16,373 nucleotides of DNA from Candidatus Rokuibacteriota bacterium (GTDB lineage: Bacteria > Methylomirabilota > Methylomirabilia > Rokubacteriales > CSP1-6), in NCBI GenBank assembly GCA_016184305.1, contig JACPCX010000100.1, positions 1-16,373 of the forward strand, written 5' to 3'. Each line of letters begins with the position of its first letter. The stretch's first letter is position 1. A program made the position numbers and the translations under genes. Shown here in pieces: positions 14,156-16,373 of the stretch. A model generated the notes under the pieces. That model searched no databases, was not told the DNA's origin, and worked only from the letters and a program-made list of their open reading frames with translations.

Positions 14156-16373
14156 CTACAGGGGCTTGAGCAGCGCATCCTCGAGGGCCTCCCGGAGCCG
14201 GTCCATGGCGGCCGGCTCCTCGATGCGGTGCCCCTGCCGGTCGGCGATGTAGAAGGTGTCGTAGGCCTGGTCGATCTCCGTGGCGATGCGGGCGCTGCCG
14301 ATGTCGAGCCCGAGCGCGGCGAAGGTGCGCGTGATGAGATAGAGGAGCCCCACGCGGTCCGGGCACTTGACCTCCACCACCGTGTGCGTGTCCGACAGGT
14401 GGTTGTCCACCGCGATCTTGGGCGGCCCGGGCACGGTCTCCGCGGCGCGGCGCCCGGCGCGGCGCGCGGCCAGGAGATCCTCCACGGACTGCTCGCCTCG
14501 CAGCACGCGGTGGAGCGAGTCGAGCGTGCGGCGCCCGCGCGCGTCCTCCGTCACCGCCTCCCCGAACGGGTCGTTGACCTGGAAGGTGTCGATGGCGATC
14601 CCGTCGGCCCGGGTGTGGATCTGCGCGGAGAGGATGTTGATCCCCTCGGAGGCGAGCGTGCCCGCGATGAGCGAGAAGAGCCCCGGGATGTCGCGCGTGG
14701 CGATGACGAACTCGGAGGAGCCGAGATCGGGGTAGTGGAACAGCTCGGTGGCCGCCACGACCTCCTCGATCCGCTCCACGAGTCGCAGATGCGCGGCGAT
14801 GCGCGGCGGCGAGGTGGTCACGAGGTACCGCTCCGACATCATGGCGAGATGAGCCACGACCGTGCGGCGCAGCCCCTCGCGCCCCAGCTCGTCCCAGACG
14901 CGGCTGGCGATGCGCTCGCGGTTCGGCCGCTCGGGCCGCCCGCCGGTGAGGCGCGCCATGGTACGGGCGAAGCACTCCCAGAGGATGCGCGCCTGCCAGC
15001 CCGTCATGACGCCCGGCCCCACCGCCCGCATGTCGGCGAAGGTGAGCAGGTAGAGCATCCGCAACCGCTCGGGCGTCTCCACCACCGCCGCCAGCGAGGC
15101 GATGGTCTTCGGGTCGTCGATGTCGCGGCGCTGCGCGATGTGGGACAGGGTCAGGTGGTGCGCCACGAGGAAGGTGACCGCCGCGGCGTCCCCGGGCGGC
15201 AGCGCGATGCGCGCGGTCAATGCCTCGATCAGCGGGATCCCCTTGGCGACGTGCCCGTGGCCCTTCCCCTTGCCGATGTCGTGCAGCAGCATGCCCAGCA
15301 TCAAGAGGTCGGGGCGCGCGACCTCGTTCAGCACCTCCGCCGTGCCCTCCGACTCGGCGGACGGCCCGGGCGCCAGCGCCTCCAGGTGCTCCACGGCCAC
15401 GAGCGAGTGTTGATCGGCCGTGAACTTGTGGTAGACGTCGTACTGGACGAGACACGTGAGCGCCCCCCACTCGGGCAGGTAGCGTCCCAGCAATCCCAGC
15501 TCGTGCATCTCCCGGAGCGTCTGCGTGACCCGCCCCCAGTCGCGGCAGATGGCGAAGAACAGGTCCCGCACCTCGGGGGAGGCCTTCCAGCTCTCGTCCA
15601 CGAGGTCCAGCGACTCCTCGACGGCGCGCTCCACGTCGATGCCCAGCTCGGCGCCCAGCCGGTGCGAATGCCAGAACGTCTTCATGAGCCGGACGGGGTC
15701 CTCGCGGAACGCGCGGCCGTCGGGCTCCACCAGATGCAGCCGGCCGTCGAGCACGAAGAGTCCGTCGGCCAGCGCCTCCTGCCGGAGCCGGCGCCCCACC
15801 GGGCGGGGGCGCGACAGCGTCTCGCGGCAGCGCGCGATGAGCCGCCGCGACACGCGGTGGATCACCCGCGCGTGGAGATAGTAGTCGCGCATGAACTTCT
15901 CGACGCCGAGCGACACGTCGTCGCTCGCATAGCCGAAGTTCTTGGCGATCTGCGGCTGCACGTCGCGCGAGAGCACGTCGTTCTTGTGGCCGGAGAGAAA
16001 GTGCAGCTCGTTGCGGACCCGCCAGAGGAAGCTGAGGGCCTCGTCGGCCGTGCGCTGCTCGCGGTCGGTGATGAGGCGCCGGTCCGCCAGCTCGCGCAGC
16101 GTGCGCGTGCCGAACTTGGTCGAGGCCAGCCACATGGCCGTGTGGATGTCGCGGAGTCCCCCGGCGGACTCCTTGACGTTGGGCTCGCCCATGTACGGCG
16201 AGCCGCCGAACTTCCGGTAGCGCTGGTCGAGCTCGGCGAGCGTCGTCTCCAGGAACTGGGCGAAGTCCTTCCGGTAGACGTTCTCGGCGAGCACCTTCCG
16301 GAAGCGGTTGAAGAGCCGCCGGTCACCCACGAGGGAGCGCGCCTGCTGCATGGAGGTGCGGCTCGTGAAGTCG
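14156..16373 (-). CDS. glnD: [protein-PII] uridylyltransferase/uridylyl-removing enzyme GlnD (5'-partial)
   Basis: EPNVKESAGGLRDIH, LWRVRNELH, HD domain (YHKFTADQHSL, LLHDIGKG) and two ACT domains (TRDIPGLFS, CPDRVGLLY). The frame stays open to the window edge (DFTSRTSMQQAR). Confidence 0.95.
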   Translation of the reverse strand, partial: DFTSRTSMQQARSLVGDRRLFNRFRKVLAENVYRKDFAQFLETTLAELDQRYRKFGGSPYMGEPNVKESAGGLRDIHTAMWLASTKFGTRTLRELADRRLITDREQRTADEALSFLWRVRNELHFLSGHKNDVLSRDVQPQIAKNFGYASDDVSLGVEKFMRDYYLHARVIHRVSRRLIARCRETLSRPRPVGRRLRQEALADGLFVLDGRLHLVEPDGRAFREDPVRLMKTFWHSHRLGAELGIDVERAVEESLDLVDESWKASPEVRDLFFAICRDWGRVTQTLREMHELGLLGRYLPEWGALTCLVQYDVYHKFTADQHSLVAVEHLEALAPGPSAESEGTAEVLNEVARPDLLMLGMLLHDIGKGKGHGHVAKGIPLIEALTARIALPPGDAAAVTFLVAHHLTLSHIAQRRDIDDPKTIASLAAVVETPERLRMLYLLTFADMRAVGPGVMTGWQARILWECFARTMARLTGGRPERPNRERIASRVWDELGREGLRRTVVAHLAMMSERYLVTTSPPRIAAHLRLVERIEEVVAATELFHYPDLGSSEFVIATRDIPGLFSLIAGTLASEGINILSAQIHTRADGIAIDTFQVNDPFGEAVTEDARGRRTLDSLHRVLRGEQSVEDLLAARRAGRRAAETVPGPPKIAVDNHLSDTHTVVEVKCPDRVGLLYLITRTFAALGLDIGSARIATEIDQAYDTFYIADRQGHRIEEPAAMDRLREALEDALLKPL

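Noticed and set aside
13491..16133. 880-aa minus-strand ORF and other long overlapping ORFs (11394..12641, 9409..10560, 7608..8723, 4976..6118)
   Set aside because: Alternative-frame or antisense shadows of well-supported genes, expected in high-GC DNA with few stop codons.
1..16373. CRISPR array, IS/transposase, integrase, tRNA or rRNA
   Set aside because: No regularly spaced repeats, no transposase or recombinase motifs, and no RNA-gene signatures were seen.

Overview
High-GC bacterial window; gene content and style suggest Candidatus Rokubacteria/Methylomirabilota (inference only). Bases 1 to ~2230 look like the end of an accessory/defence island: the 3' part of a DUF499-family ATPase, an orphan 3-TM protein and a 3'-truncated DUF5677/HEPN-like gene. 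The rest is mostly housekeeping or metabolic: O-methyltransferase, SDR, small coiled-coil protein, B12-binding radical SAM, NfuA-type Fe-S carrier, ACT-malic enzyme, msrPQ, RDD protein, Slt-type lytic transglycosylase, CDP-alcohol phosphatidyltransferase and partial glnD. The main hidden signal is that the radical SAM gene's TGA at 6452-6454 is very likely selenocysteine (WFC-U-AEP tail followed by a SECIS-like hairpin), so the true CDS runs to 6514. The window also holds five broken genes that the ORF track hides: DUF5677-like, nitronate monooxygenase, DUF362, msrP (internal deletion plus frameshift) and an M48 peptidase tail. A structured ~410-nt intergenic region lies upstream of the malic enzyme. 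All family assignments come from motif recognition, not database searches.
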